Of a DNA stretch of 64,000 nt, positions 18,444 through 28,199 are shown piece after piece. The stretch is from an uncultured Candidatus Saccharibacteria bacterium (lineage in GTDB: Bacteria; Patescibacteriota; Minisyncoccia; Phycocordibacterales; CAYSCM01), in contig CAYSCM010000001.1 of assembly GCA_964429815.1 (NCBI GenBank), forward strand, positions 192,001-256,000, given 5' to 3'. The notes under the pieces were generated by a model that saw only the letters and a list, made by a program, of their open reading frames with translations, ran no database searches and was not told the DNA's origin. The first letter of the stretch is position 1. The number at the start of each line of letters is the position of its first letter. The position numbers and the translations under genes are program-made.

Positions 18444-21134
18444 TTATTTCAAATAGGGCAGTCGCGAAGCGATGATGTCGAGTCGAGAAATCTGTTCAGG
18501 GGAGAGATGTTGCGCCTGGGAAAGAAATTTCCCAAATAGCGAAGGGTCTTTCAAAATCCCGGCATAGTTTATGGTGCCGCCGATATTGGCACCTTGGTTG
18601 ATGCCCTTCAAAACTTCCTCTGGCTTCAATCCCCACCTTGCGAGCTGTTCGAAGTTGCCGCTATCGAGAGCTCCTTTCACCGTCTTGCTTAGACCGTCCG
18701 CGATGTACATACGCTGGCCGGGAGAGAGGTCGAGACTATCGAGATCGGGATGCCCATGCATCGTTTTTGCGAGCGTACTCCAAAGACTGTCTCCTCGCTC
18801 GATGGTAACTCCTCCATAGATCGGATTTTCTGGAGCCGCAGGAACCTCGCCAGGGTGGGCCGGTACGCTGGGCGCTTCTGGGTGGTACGGTGGCGTTGGG
18901 GGTGATGTATCTGGATTGGCTAATGAGGATTGATCGAGCTGATGCTGCGCTTCGTTGAAACCTTCGGGAGCCGATGGGGAACCTGGTGCGATCGAACCAA
19001 CTCCTAGATCGGTCAGTGCCGCCATCGCGCCGGCTCCCCCTGCAGTGGAAACGGCACGAATTATTTTTTCATTTCGCTCGACACGTGCGGTTCTTCTTTC
19101 TATTTCCTTAAGGAGATAGTCCTTCTCGGCGATCGGAGCGCCCTGGAGAGCGAACTTAAGCTTGGCGATTTCCTGTTTTTCCTTTTCGGCACGATTTTGC
19201 CAGGCGCTATAGGAGTGCGCGGCGAATTCTCCCAAAAATCTACCACCAGCAGCTCCGAGAAGAGCACGCCCGACCAATATCGCGCCTCCAGTTAGTGATG
19301 CTCCGCCGCCAGCCGCAAGTATCGTCGCACCCGCAGCAGCCTTTGCGTAGCGATTTTGCCTCCCATACCAACTCGCCATCTTTCTAAACGCACCTGCACG
19401 TCGCGAAGGTAGAGCGGCAGCGCGTTCCTCGGCAAGTTTACGTGACTCTAGAAGTACAAGTTGTTGCACGAGGCGGCCCTCGTAGCGGCGTTTAAATATT
19501 TCCTCTGCTTCGGCCGCAGTTCTCCTTCCCGGGCCCCGATTTTTCTCAATTTTTTTCCAAAATTGCCACCAGCTTTTGTTTTCCTCCTGTCCTTGTTCGA
19601 AGGCCGCCTGGTTTGCGACAGCAGCTTTACGCAGCTTGCTCTTACGAAAATGTTCGTCAGCTTCCGCTCGGAGCCGCATAAGCATTTCTTGTCGCACGGC
19701 TTCGTGTTGATGGCGCGCCGCCGCTAACGTTTCGGGCTCCCCTCGGCTTCGCAAACCCACAAATTCAAGGGTTTTGCTAAGTCTCCCACGAGAGTTATAC
19801 CGCACCTCTTCCTGGGCAAGTTTTTTGCGTGCCTGTACGAGATGCGCCGCTCTCTCCTGGCCAAGGTATCTCTCAAGCAAATCCTCTTCCTTCACGGGGG
19901 CTCTTTCTCGAAGTTTTGCACGGGGTTCATCAGGGAGACGATCGGTAAGTTCCAAAACGTCTTCCTGTTCGCGTCGCGCCTTCTCCTCCTTTTCAAAATC
20001 AGGACGAAATTGTTCTGCGAGAACGAGCGCCTCAGCTTTCGTTGCTCGAGTATCAGCGTCTTGTGCGCGAAGTTTCTCTCGGGCCGCCTCCGCCGCAGCT
20101 CCTGCCTCGGAACTTAGCGGCGAGACTTTTTCAGCTTTGAGTTTTCGCAGATAGCGCTGGGGCACGGGTACTTCATGCGGAGGTTTTTGCTCCGTGGCGG
20201 CGTTAATCCGTACCGTACGGTAAAAATCACTTCGGTTTTGAAAACGCTGCAGTTCATTTGTGTAAGCCGCGGATGGCGCTACGAATTTGTTTTCAGGGCG
20301 CAGCTCTTTTGTGGTTGAGGTCCTTGCCGTGTCTTTCTTCATAGGTACGGTATCTTCACCTCTCCACTCACCACCAACGTTTACTCGCCGGACCATCTTC
20401 GCCCCTCCATCACGTTGACGCCGGTATTCCTGACCTTCCGGCTCTTTCGCTACCATAGGCGCGTCAATCTGCGCCTCCTCGTGCGTGGTAATGGTTTCAG
20501 TACTTTCGGTTGAGACATGGCCGGGTTGGGAATCATCCACCTCTACAGCGGGAATTTCGATTTGCGGTTCCTCGTACGTGGTGATGGTGTTGCCACGCCC
20601 TATCGTTTCATTTGCTCGGACACGATCCCCAGGAGCAACCACGGTAGAGACCTTGGACGGTTTCTTCCCATCGCGTGAGCCGCGTCCGTATCTTTTTTCG
20701 AGAACTTCCTTTTGACGACGCACACTTGTTACCCATTGGTCATGGCCAATGGACTTTTGGATGTCTTTAACCTCGTCCATGTGTCGTCGGTACTTGGTGG
20801 CCACTCCTCGCGCGACTCTCCCGAGCTTCCCAAAGCGATCCCTCCCTTGAGCGGGCTTCTCTTTGGAAGTCGCTCCAACTTCAAGGTGCTCGGTTTTATC
20901 TGACCGTTTCATTTCAACAGTCGGACGAAACCGCAGTGGCGAGCGCCTAACCGTAGTTCCCTGTTCACTTTTGGGACGCCGGATACCAACGGGGATGGGA
21001 GCACCTTTTTGGTTAACCTGGGCCTCTCGATCACCCAGGGCGTTTTTGGATGGAGAGCTGGTTAGTTTGCGGGCGTTGTTGAGGGGTGACTGACCTTTTT
21101 TCCTTGAAGAAGGAAGGTTCTCAATCCTTTTCAT
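18444..21134 (-). CDS. large hypothetical protein: basic low-complexity N-terminus, long charged coiled-coil region, Gly/Ala-rich hydrophobic segment, C-terminal globular domain
   Basis: 896-aa uninterrupted ORF. EEKARREQE-type coiled-coil composition. One central hydrophobic stretch GATILAAGGGASLTGGAILVGRALLGAAGG. Confidence 0.5.
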   Translation of the reverse strand: MKRIENLPSSRKKGQSPLNNARKLTSSPSKNALGDREAQVNQKGAPIPVGIRRPKSEQGTTVRRSPLRFRPTVEMKRSDKTEHLEVGATSKEKPAQGRDRFGKLGRVARGVATKYRRHMDEVKDIQKSIGHDQWVTSVRRQKEVLEKRYGRGSRDGKKPSKVSTVVAPGDRVRANETIGRGNTITTYEEPQIEIPAVEVDDSQPGHVSTESTETITTHEEAQIDAPMVAKEPEGQEYRRQRDGGAKMVRRVNVGGEWRGEDTVPMKKDTARTSTTKELRPENKFVAPSAAYTNELQRFQNRSDFYRTVRINAATEQKPPHEVPVPQRYLRKLKAEKVSPLSSEAGAAAEAAREKLRAQDADTRATKAEALVLAEQFRPDFEKEEKARREQEDVLELTDRLPDEPRAKLRERAPVKEEDLLERYLGQERAAHLVQARKKLAQEEVRYNSRGRLSKTLEFVGLRSRGEPETLAAARHQHEAVRQEMLMRLRAEADEHFRKSKLRKAAVANQAAFEQGQEENKSWWQFWKKIEKNRGPGRRTAAEAEEIFKRRYEGRLVQQLVLLESRKLAEERAAALPSRRAGAFRKMASWYGRQNRYAKAAAGATILAAGGGASLTGGAILVGRALLGAAGGRFLGEFAAHSYSAWQNRAEKEKQEIAKLKFALQGAPIAEKDYLLKEIERRTARVERNEKIIRAVSTAGGAGAMAALTDLGVGSIAPGSPSAPEGFNEAQHQLDQSSLANPDTSPPTPPYHPEAPSVPAHPGEVPAAPENPIYGGVTIERGDSLWSTLAKTMHGHPDLDSLDLSPGQRMYIADGLSKTVKGALDSGNFEQLARWGLKPEEVLKGINQGANIGGTINYAGILKDPSLFGKFLSQAQHLSPEQISRLDIIASRLPYLK

Positions 21135-21233
21135 GTCGTCAGTGTATCAGAAGGGTAAATTTTGTCGGAAAATGAGCCTACGAAAGCCCTTTTTTGACAA
21201 AATATTGCTATCCACATGTAGTTTGCATGGCAG

Positions 21234-21261
21234 TTGACGCGCCTACCCCGGGGGCTATAGT
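21234..21261 (+). promoter_or_regulatory. sigma70-like promoter TTGACG-16-TATAGT
   Basis: -35 at 21234..21239, -10 at 21256..21261. Confidence 0.45.
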
Positions 21262-21289
21262 GGGTATATACCGAACGGAAGCTAAATCC

Positions 21290-21313
21290 ATGGCTCAACA
21301 GAGCCATTTTTTC
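21290..21313 (+). terminator. intrinsic terminator hairpin ATGGCTC-AACA-GAGCCAT followed by TTTTTTC, about 30 nt downstream of the promoter above
   Basis: 7-bp perfect stem plus U-run. Confidence 0.45.
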
Positions 21314-21507
21314 TGAAAAGGATCGAAATTCCGCATAAAAACAGGCCTATAGCTCACGAACGCTCAAAGCTCAGGTCAAAGCTGAAAATATGGCTTAACC
21401 GGGCCAAATACCGAGTACTACGCGCACTTTTCCTTTCCGGGGTTGTCGCTTCCCTTTCCTTTACCCCGATCATTGCAAGCGCCGGCCTTCTCTCAAATCT
21501 TAGCGGT

Positions 21508-22425
21508 ATGTTGGGCACATCCGTATCTGCTGCCTCGGCCACCGCACCGAAGACTTTCTGGAATCTCCAAACCATGCCGCTTCTCCAGGCGGCTCACAAT
21601 CAGGATCTGACGCTTGCGCGCGGCGGCGGGGACATCACCATCGTCGATAATACCTCGCTTCTCCCTGAATCAGGCCCCTCGGGAACACTTGCCGACATAG
21701 AGGATGCACAATCGACCGTGATCAGCGTCTACGTCGTACGACCAGGCGACACGCTCTCCTCGATAGCCAAACTCTTTGGCGTGACCGCCAACACCATCTT
21801 CTGGGCCAACGATCTCAAGAGCATCCGCGACATCCATCCTGGGGACACCCTCGTCATTCTCCCCATTTCGGGCGTTCGCTACACGGTGAAGAAAGGTGAT
21901 ACGGTCGCCTCCGTCGCTAAAAAATTCAAAGCCGACGCCGCCGACATTATTTCCTACAACAATCTCGGCGACGGCGGGCTCACGGTGGGTGCGGACATCA
22001 TCATCCCCGACGGCGAGCTCGCAACTCCGCCAACGCCGGTAAAAGGGAATCCTTACCGTGGTGGCAGTGGCCCTCTCTACGCGGGTTACTATATTGCACC
22101 ACTTGCGCACTACATAAAGACGCAGGGCCTCCATGGCTACAACGGCGTCGACCTGGCTGCGCCCTACGGCTCCCCTGTTCTTGCCGCAGCGGGTGGCACT
22201 GTAATCATCGTCAAAGACTTTGGCTGGAACGGCGGCTACGGCAACTACATCGTCATAAGCCATCCAAACGGCACCCAGACGCTCTACGCTCATACGTCCA
22301 AAAATATCGTTTCTGTGGGCGAGAGCGTCGTTCAGGGCCAAGTAATCGGCTACGAGGGAGCGACCGGCAAGGCGACCGGGCCTCATGTCCACTTCGAGAT
22401 ACGCGGTGCGAAAAATCCGTTCTAA
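21508..22425 (+). CDS. LysM-domain M23-family metallopeptidase (cell-wall hydrolase); ORF is open upstream to about 21382 with a signal-peptide-like stretch, so the start may be non-ATG
   Basis: Two LysM repeats (YVVRPGDTLSSIAKLFGV and YTVKKGDTVASVAKKF). M23 motifs HGYNGVDLAAPYGSPV and GPHVHFE. In-frame upstream VLRALFLSGVVASLSFTPIIASA looks like a signal peptide. Confidence 0.8.
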   Translation: MLGTSVSAASATAPKTFWNLQTMPLLQAAHNQDLTLARGGGDITIVDNTSLLPESGPSGTLADIEDAQSTVISVYVVRPGDTLSSIAKLFGVTANTIFWANDLKSIRDIHPGDTLVILPISGVRYTVKKGDTVASVAKKFKADAADIISYNNLGDGGLTVGADIIIPDGELATPPTPVKGNPYRGGSGPLYAGYYIAPLAHYIKTQGLHGYNGVDLAAPYGSPVLAAAGGTVIIVKDFGWNGGYGNYIVISHPNGTQTLYAHTSKNIVSVGESVVQGQVIGYEGATGKATGPHVHFEIRGAKNPF

Positions 22426-22459
22426 CGAAGCGGTTTCGCCCGAGCGCGAAGAATCCGCT

Positions 22460-22987
22460 CTAGAGCCGCTCTACGTCGCGAAACTCTTCCTTTCGAGTTT
22501 CAAGCTCTTCCGGGGTTTGTTCACCATAACCTTTGATCTCAAGAAGTCCTTCTGCCACGAGATTGATTGAGGCGGGCAATTTTGACTGAACAAATTCATA
22601 TACCTGCGGACGTAGTGTATCGATAATTTCTCGTCGCACCGAAAGGGGAATGGTCGCCAGGAGGCCTTTTTTGCTGAATGCCCGCATTGGCGGATCGCAG
22701 GCAAACACTATGTCGACGTCGCTTTCCTCACTCATTTCCTTCCCAAAAGCATTTCCGCCAACGACATAGAGAGCTGTCTCCTTGGTGGTGACGCCAGCTG
22801 CGGCCTCAGCGATGGTTTTAAAAAGTTCTACTACCTCTGTGCGCTGCTCAGTCAGTACGGTAAGTACAGCTTCGAGAGTCTTTTTTCGTTCCGAAATTTT
22901 TGTTGGATCGGAATCGGCCACAGCTTCTCGAGCTTGCATTCTTTCGATAAGCGACGGAGAGGGTTTTTGTGGAAAAGATTCTTTCAT
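22460..22987 (-). CDS. nucleotidyltransferase-domain protein (minimal NTase-like motif GGNAFGK..SDVDIVF)
   Basis: 175-aa ORF with a G[SG]-x9-13-DxD pattern. Confidence 0.35.
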   Translation of the reverse strand: MKESFPQKPSPSLIERMQAREAVADSDPTKISERKKTLEAVLTVLTEQRTEVVELFKTIAEAAAGVTTKETALYVVGGNAFGKEMSEESDVDIVFACDPPMRAFSKKGLLATIPLSVRREIIDTLRPQVYEFVQSKLPASINLVAEGLLEIKGYGEQTPEELETRKEEFRDVERL

Positions 22988-24558
22988 TGGATGTTTTGTT
23001 TAGGGCGGTACCGCAGTGCTTCAAGCACGTGCACATCGGCAACCTCATCAGCGCCCTCGACATCCGCGATCGTGCGGGCGATTTTTATGACACGGTGGTA
23101 GGCGCGAGGTGAAAGATCCAGCTTTTGTGCCGATTCATTGAGAAGTCCTCGGACATTCGGCGCAAGTTCGGCGAATTCCTCTAGATCTTTCACGCCCATG
23201 TCGCTGTTTTTCGAAATAGCCCTGCCCGCAAAACGCTCACGCTGACGCTCTCGAGCTTCCGCGACGATCCTCTGCGCTCGCGTCGTTTCGCCCTCGGAGC
23301 CGCGCTTTCCCGAAAGTTTTTCGTGGTCGATATGAGGCACCTCTATCCAGAGGTCAACGCGATCGATGATGGGGCCGGAAATTTTTCTGCGATAGCGCGA
23401 GAGCGCGACTGGCGTGCACAGGCAGGGCTTCCCTGAGCCGAAATTGCCGCACGGGCAGGGATTCATCGCGGCGATAAGAGTGAAGTTCGCCGGAAAACGG
23501 GCGGAGCCTTTCGCGCGGGAGATGGAAACGACACGGTCTTCGAGCGGCTGGCGCAGGGCGTCGATGACGCGCCGGTCGAATTCGGGAAACTCGTCCATGA
23601 AAAGCACGCCGCGATGGGCGAGCGTTATCTCGCCGGGTTTAGGGAACGCGCCGCCGCCCACAAGCGACACGTAGGAGGCGGTGTGATGGGGCGAGCGAAG
23701 CGGTGGCATCGTGAGAGGTTCTCCGGATAGCGTACCGGCAACCGAGTGAATGCCGGTCACCTCGAGCACTTCCGCCGAGGAGAGCGGCGGCAGGAGGCTG
23801 ACGAACGCTTTGGCGAGCATGGATTTGCCGGTCCCCGGCGGACCGTAGAGGACGACATTGTGCCCGCCCGCAGCTGCAATGATGAGCGCGCGCTTGCCGC
23901 TTTCCTGTCCGCGAATGTCTTCAAGGGCGACGAGCGGTTCTTCATTCTTCACGTCGATCGGAGTCAGTGGAGCTGGTTGTATGCGAAATGTGCTCACGTT
24001 CCCGGATCTTTCCCCCGTAAGATGTTCGATGAGTTTACCGAGGGTTTCAAGAGGGTATACTGAAATGCCTTCGATGAGAGCGGCTTCCTCGACGTTCTCT
24101 CGAGGAACATAGAGCTCCTTGATTCCCCCCTCGCGCGCAGCACGCGCCGCGGAGAGGATTCCAGTAATTTTACGTATCGAGCCGTCAAGACCAAGCTCAC
24201 CCAAAAACAGCTTTCCCGTCGGATCGAACGTTATCTCGTCAGCCGCGAGGAGATAAGAAAGTGCGATCGGTACGTCAAACGCGGGCCCCTCTTTTTTGAG
24301 ATCGGCCGGTGCGAGGGATATCGTTATCTTATGGTTTTTTGATTTTGGGGAGACGAACCCCGAATTTTTTATCGCCGCCGAAACGCGGTCCCGCGACTCC
24401 TCAACGGCTTTATCCGGGAGGCCGACGATAGTGAACGAGTGGAGACCGCGCGCGATGTCAGCTTCGACCGAGAGCAGACACGCGCCCAGAAGTTGTGGCT
24501 GGGCACTCCCGACTTTTGCGAACGACATGGAAATCAGGCGTTCATGTGCTTTATGCAC
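22984..24558 (-). CDS. comM: YifB/ComM-family Mg-chelatase-like AAA+ ATPase
   Basis: 524 aa. N-terminal Lon-like domain, Walker A LYGPPGTGKSM, and C-terminal MNPCPCGNFG zinc-ribbon-like motif typical of ComM/YifB. Confidence 0.85.
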   Translation of the reverse strand: MHKAHERLISMSFAKVGSAQPQLLGACLLSVEADIARGLHSFTIVGLPDKAVEESRDRVSAAIKNSGFVSPKSKNHKITISLAPADLKKEGPAFDVPIALSYLLAADEITFDPTGKLFLGELGLDGSIRKITGILSAARAAREGGIKELYVPRENVEEAALIEGISVYPLETLGKLIEHLTGERSGNVSTFRIQPAPLTPIDVKNEEPLVALEDIRGQESGKRALIIAAAGGHNVVLYGPPGTGKSMLAKAFVSLLPPLSSAEVLEVTGIHSVAGTLSGEPLTMPPLRSPHHTASYVSLVGGGAFPKPGEITLAHRGVLFMDEFPEFDRRVIDALRQPLEDRVVSISRAKGSARFPANFTLIAAMNPCPCGNFGSGKPCLCTPVALSRYRRKISGPIIDRVDLWIEVPHIDHEKLSGKRGSEGETTRAQRIVAEARERQRERFAGRAISKNSDMGVKDLEEFAELAPNVRGLLNESAQKLDLSPRAYHRVIKIARTIADVEGADEVADVHVLEALRYRPKQNIQ

Positions 24559-24905
24559 GTTTGCGCCGCCGGGTCGGCATCGAGGCGCTTCTCTTCGATG
24601 GGCTCTCCGGATATTTTGCAGATGCCGTAGGTACTCTGCTCAATGCGAGCGAGTGCGTCTTTTACCTCGTTGTAGCGCGTCTCGAGCTCCTTGAGAATGG
24701 CGGAATTTTCTTCGTAGCCCTCGATGCGGTCCGCCGCTTCGTTGGTATCGGCTTCGACGTCCTCCGCGAGCGGGGCGGTCGCCTCCCAGTCGGCCGGATT
24801 CTGAGGATTCTTTCGCCCGACGCCCCGGAGCTCCTCTTCGAGCTCAGTGAGCTCTTCCTCGAGACGGCTTTTGTATTTTTTCACGTCGATCATGTGCGCC
24901 ATCAT
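24534..24905 (-). CDS. DksA/TraR-family C4 zinc-finger protein
   Basis: 123 aa. Acidic coiled-coil N-terminus and C-terminal CKISGEPIE...C finger pattern. Confidence 0.55.
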   Translation of the reverse strand: MMAHMIDVKKYKSRLEEELTELEEELRGVGRKNPQNPADWEATAPLAEDVEADTNEAADRIEGYEENSAILKELETRYNEVKDALARIEQSTYGICKISGEPIEEKRLDADPAAQTCIKHMNA

Positions 24906-24931
24906 ACCAAGAGGGCGCGGGCACGCAAACG

Positions 24932-25987
24932 CTAAAGGCGTTTGCTTTGGAGTCGAGTGAGCACCTCGGCGAAGGTGTTTTCGTTGGTCGTGATGACAAG
25001 CGTGTTTCTGTCGACGAACGAATACACGAGACGCATCTTTCCGGTCTCGTCATAAAGCGCCCGCGCGTCGTGGTTTTTTATGATTTTATCGACGAAGGCG
25101 GGATTGAACGCCGGCGTCGTCGTGCCGCTTGCGGGGTGTGAAAGGAGTTGCGGCCCGAAAAAGCCGAAAAAGTCGTTGAGAATATTTCTCTCGAATGCGA
25201 GCATTCCTGAAAATGCCCCCTCATAGTTGTCGGTTTCAAGAATGAGGAACCCCTGATTGCCGTCGAAGACATGAACCCCGAGCATAAACGGTGCGGAAAG
25301 CGTTCGTGTAAGCTCTTGCGGCGCAGAGGTGCCGAGGAGTTTTAGAAAGCTTTGCGCGTCGATAAGTTTTTTAGTCGCATCTTCCCCCTGCGTGAAGTGG
25401 ATGTCCTCAACGCTCCCGAGCCGCAAAGTGACACTATCCCTCTCAGCAACGAGACGCTGTCCGAGATTTCTTCCGAAGAGCCCCATGACGGGGATTTCGG
25501 CTTGCTTGTCGACGAATATGAGCGGCGTATAGACGAAACCCTCTGGCGCTGAGGAAGGAAGCGACGAGAAGTAGAGCCCGATACCTATCGAAAGTCCGAC
25601 GACGACGAGCACCGTCGCCACGGTAACGGTAATGCGCCTGACACGAGTATCGTGAATTTCCCGTTTCATCTCGTCGCTCAAGACCTCGGCTTCTTTGGCG
25701 CTGTGCGTGCGTTTTTCCTGCTCTGCGGCGGCGACCTGCACGGTCGATATATGCTCGGTTTTGATGATCTCAGCGAGATCATCTTTGAAGGTGCGCAATC
25801 GCGGGATGGAACCCTCCTCGGAGGGCGTCTGCATGCGGGCCGACGTTGGTATAGATGGTCCGTTCATCGGTCCACCTGTCGGGTTTTTGAGATCGGCACT
25901 ACTAAATCGCCGCTCGAATTCGCTGCTGAGCGCTGACTTTATCTTTTCATTTTCTCCCTGGGGAGATTCTTTAATGTCGTCGGCCAT
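24932..25987 (-). CDS. hypothetical single-pass membrane protein
   Basis: 351 aa with one TM helix ITVTVATVLVVVGLSIGIGLYF and a large extracytoplasmic domain. Confidence 0.4.
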   Translation of the reverse strand: MADDIKESPQGENEKIKSALSSEFERRFSSADLKNPTGGPMNGPSIPTSARMQTPSEEGSIPRLRTFKDDLAEIIKTEHISTVQVAAAEQEKRTHSAKEAEVLSDEMKREIHDTRVRRITVTVATVLVVVGLSIGIGLYFSSLPSSAPEGFVYTPLIFVDKQAEIPVMGLFGRNLGQRLVAERDSVTLRLGSVEDIHFTQGEDATKKLIDAQSFLKLLGTSAPQELTRTLSAPFMLGVHVFDGNQGFLILETDNYEGAFSGMLAFERNILNDFFGFFGPQLLSHPASGTTTPAFNPAFVDKIIKNHDARALYDETGKMRLVYSFVDRNTLVITTNENTFAEVLTRLQSKRL

Positions 25988-28157
25988 TGCCGTGTGTGGG
26001 TGGGCGCGGTGAAGTGTCGGGCTCGACTCCTTTGCGCGAGGCGAACTCCGGGTCTACGTCTTTGATCGAAAGGTTGATGCGCCCCTCCCTGTCGATCTCT
26101 CGTATGACGACTGGCACTTTCTCGCCAAGCGAGAGCGCCTGCTCGACGCGGCCGATGCGGAAGGGCGCGATCTCCGAAATGTGGACGAGTCCCTCGGCCG
26201 AATCATTGAGCCTCACGAAGGCCCCAAATGTCGCGATGCGCGACACGGTGCCTTCGAAGCGCTCCCCGGCTACGTACTGCCGGGTCATATCGACAATGAT
26301 AGCAGCAGCCTTGTTTGCCGTCCCGTTTTTTCCGGTGATAAATACCGAGCCGTCGTCCTCGATGTCGATTTCTTCGACACCGGTCTTTTCCTTGATGGCC
26401 TTGATGACTTTTCCAGCCGGCCCGATGATGGAGCCGATTTGATCGGGGCGGATCTTGAGCGCGACTATCTTCGGCGCATTCGGCGAAATATCCGGCCGCG
26501 GCGCGGCGATGGCGCGCTCGATGACGTCAAGAATTTCCATGCGCGCGGTCCTAGCCTGCGCGAGCGCTTCAGAGAGAATCCGCACCGGTATCGCACCTAC
26601 CTTGATGTCGAGTTGGATGGCCGTGACGCCGCGGCGCGTGCCGGCCACCTTGAAGTCCATGTCTCCATACTCGTCCTCCGGACCCTGAATATCGGTGAGA
26701 ATTTTGTACGCTCCGTCCGTGTGGTGCTTCGGCGAGAGCATGAGTCCCATGGCGATGCCAGCAACGGGCGCTTTAATGGGCACTCCGCCATCCATGAGCG
26801 CGAGCGTGGAGGCGCAAACTGAACCCATGGACGTAGAGCCGTTGCTGGCAAGGCATTCGGAGACGAGGCGTATGGTGTAGGGAAACGTCTCCTTGGGCGG
26901 AATGACGGCTTCGAGCGCTTTTTCCGCGAGAGCGCCGTGTCCGACCGCGCGGCGATTCGCGCCTCCAACACGGCCTGTCTCGCCCGGCGCGAACGGAGGA
27001 AAGTTGTAATGGTGCATGAAGCGCTTCTGTGCCTCGCGCGCTTCCATGGAGTCGATTATCTGAGAGTCCTGCGGACCGCCGAGGGTGAGGGTCGAGAATA
27101 CGTGCGTGCCGCCGCGATAGAAGATTCCCGAACCATGGAGCATGGGCGAAAAGTCTCCAGCCTGCGCGAAGAGTTGGCGCAGCTGCCCCATACCCCTCCC
27201 GTCGGCACGCGCGGTGCGCTTCACCGCTCCCTCGTGGATGGCAAGGTCGACGCCATCATCGAAGAGGCTTGAAGCTTGTCTAATGTTCGCATCGGGAAGT
27301 TTCTCCGTGAGCGCCGCCTTCCACTCATCCTTAAGTGCGTAAATTTTTTCCTTACTTGCGGAGTTGGAGAAGACGGCCTTTTCCATCCTCGGCGCAATGA
27401 GCTCGTCGTAGAGCGCCCGCACGTCGACTGGAATCTCGGACTTTGCGAACGCACGCTTTTCCTGCCCAAGCTCGGTACGAAGTTTCTGTTGGAATTCCTG
27501 CAGCTTCTCGATTTCTTCCGATGCGCGAGTGAGGGCGGCGATGAGCACCTCCTCCGACACCTCTTGCGCACTGACCTCGATCATATTAATAGCGGCATCC
27601 TTGCCGCAGGCGAGGAGGTCGAGCTCATAGTCCCCGTGAGCGCGGCTCGCATACGAAGGATTCACTTCGAAGCTGTCACTGCCGTGCTTTTTCCCGATGC
27701 GTACCGCGCTCGCCGGTCCACTCCAGGGTATATCACTGGTGTGGAGCGCGACCGAGGCGGCGTTGATGGCCATGACGTCCGGATCGTCCTCGTCGATGGA
27801 GAGAACGGTAATGATGGCCTGCACCTCATTTCTGATGTGATGATCGAAGAGAGGCCTAATGGTGCGATCGACGACACGCCCGGAAAGGATCGCCTCCTCA
27901 GAAGGCTTCCCTTCGCGGCGTACGAAACGCGAGCCAAGAATTTGCCCGGCAGCATAAAAGCGCTCTTCGAAATCGACCGTGAGCGGAAAATGGTCGATAT
28001 CGTCGCGTGTCTTCTCCGACAGTACTGCCGTCGCGAGCACCACAGTGTTGCCGTAGCGTACAAGGACCGAGCCGTTGGCATTCTCGGCGAGGTCCGAGAA
28101 GGTGAAAGTCATGGGTTTCCCGCCTACGGCAAGCGAGTATTCTTTTTTCTGCATCAA
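25971..28157 (-). CDS. pnp: polyribonucleotide nucleotidyltransferase (PNPase)
   Basis: 728 aa. Two RNase PH domains, KH (IGPAGKVIKAIKEKTG) and S1 (GERFEGTVSRIATFGAFV) C-terminal domains. rpsO follows, as in the classic rpsO-pnp arrangement. Confidence 0.9.
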   Translation of the reverse strand: MMQKKEYSLAVGGKPMTFTFSDLAENANGSVLVRYGNTVVLATAVLSEKTRDDIDHFPLTVDFEERFYAAGQILGSRFVRREGKPSEEAILSGRVVDRTIRPLFDHHIRNEVQAIITVLSIDEDDPDVMAINAASVALHTSDIPWSGPASAVRIGKKHGSDSFEVNPSYASRAHGDYELDLLACGKDAAINMIEVSAQEVSEEVLIAALTRASEEIEKLQEFQQKLRTELGQEKRAFAKSEIPVDVRALYDELIAPRMEKAVFSNSASKEKIYALKDEWKAALTEKLPDANIRQASSLFDDGVDLAIHEGAVKRTARADGRGMGQLRQLFAQAGDFSPMLHGSGIFYRGGTHVFSTLTLGGPQDSQIIDSMEAREAQKRFMHHYNFPPFAPGETGRVGGANRRAVGHGALAEKALEAVIPPKETFPYTIRLVSECLASNGSTSMGSVCASTLALMDGGVPIKAPVAGIAMGLMLSPKHHTDGAYKILTDIQGPEDEYGDMDFKVAGTRRGVTAIQLDIKVGAIPVRILSEALAQARTARMEILDVIERAIAAPRPDISPNAPKIVALKIRPDQIGSIIGPAGKVIKAIKEKTGVEEIDIEDDGSVFITGKNGTANKAAAIIVDMTRQYVAGERFEGTVSRIATFGAFVRLNDSAEGLVHISEIAPFRIGRVEQALSLGEKVPVVIREIDREGRINLSIKDVDPEFASRKGVEPDTSPRPPTHGNGRRH

Positions 28158-28181
28158 AGGAGTGACCTTCGGATTCCAGAA

Positions 28182-28199
28182 TTGAACCGCGGTTCAATG
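28182..28199. promoter_or_regulatory. 18-bp perfect palindrome ATTGAACCGCGGTTCAAT in the pnp leader/promoter region
   Basis: Located 25 bp upstream of the pnp start codon (28157, minus strand). Checked base by base. Confidence 0.35.

Noticed and set aside
21670-22392. 240-aa minus-strand ORF
   Set aside because: Antisense to the LysM-M23 peptidase gene.
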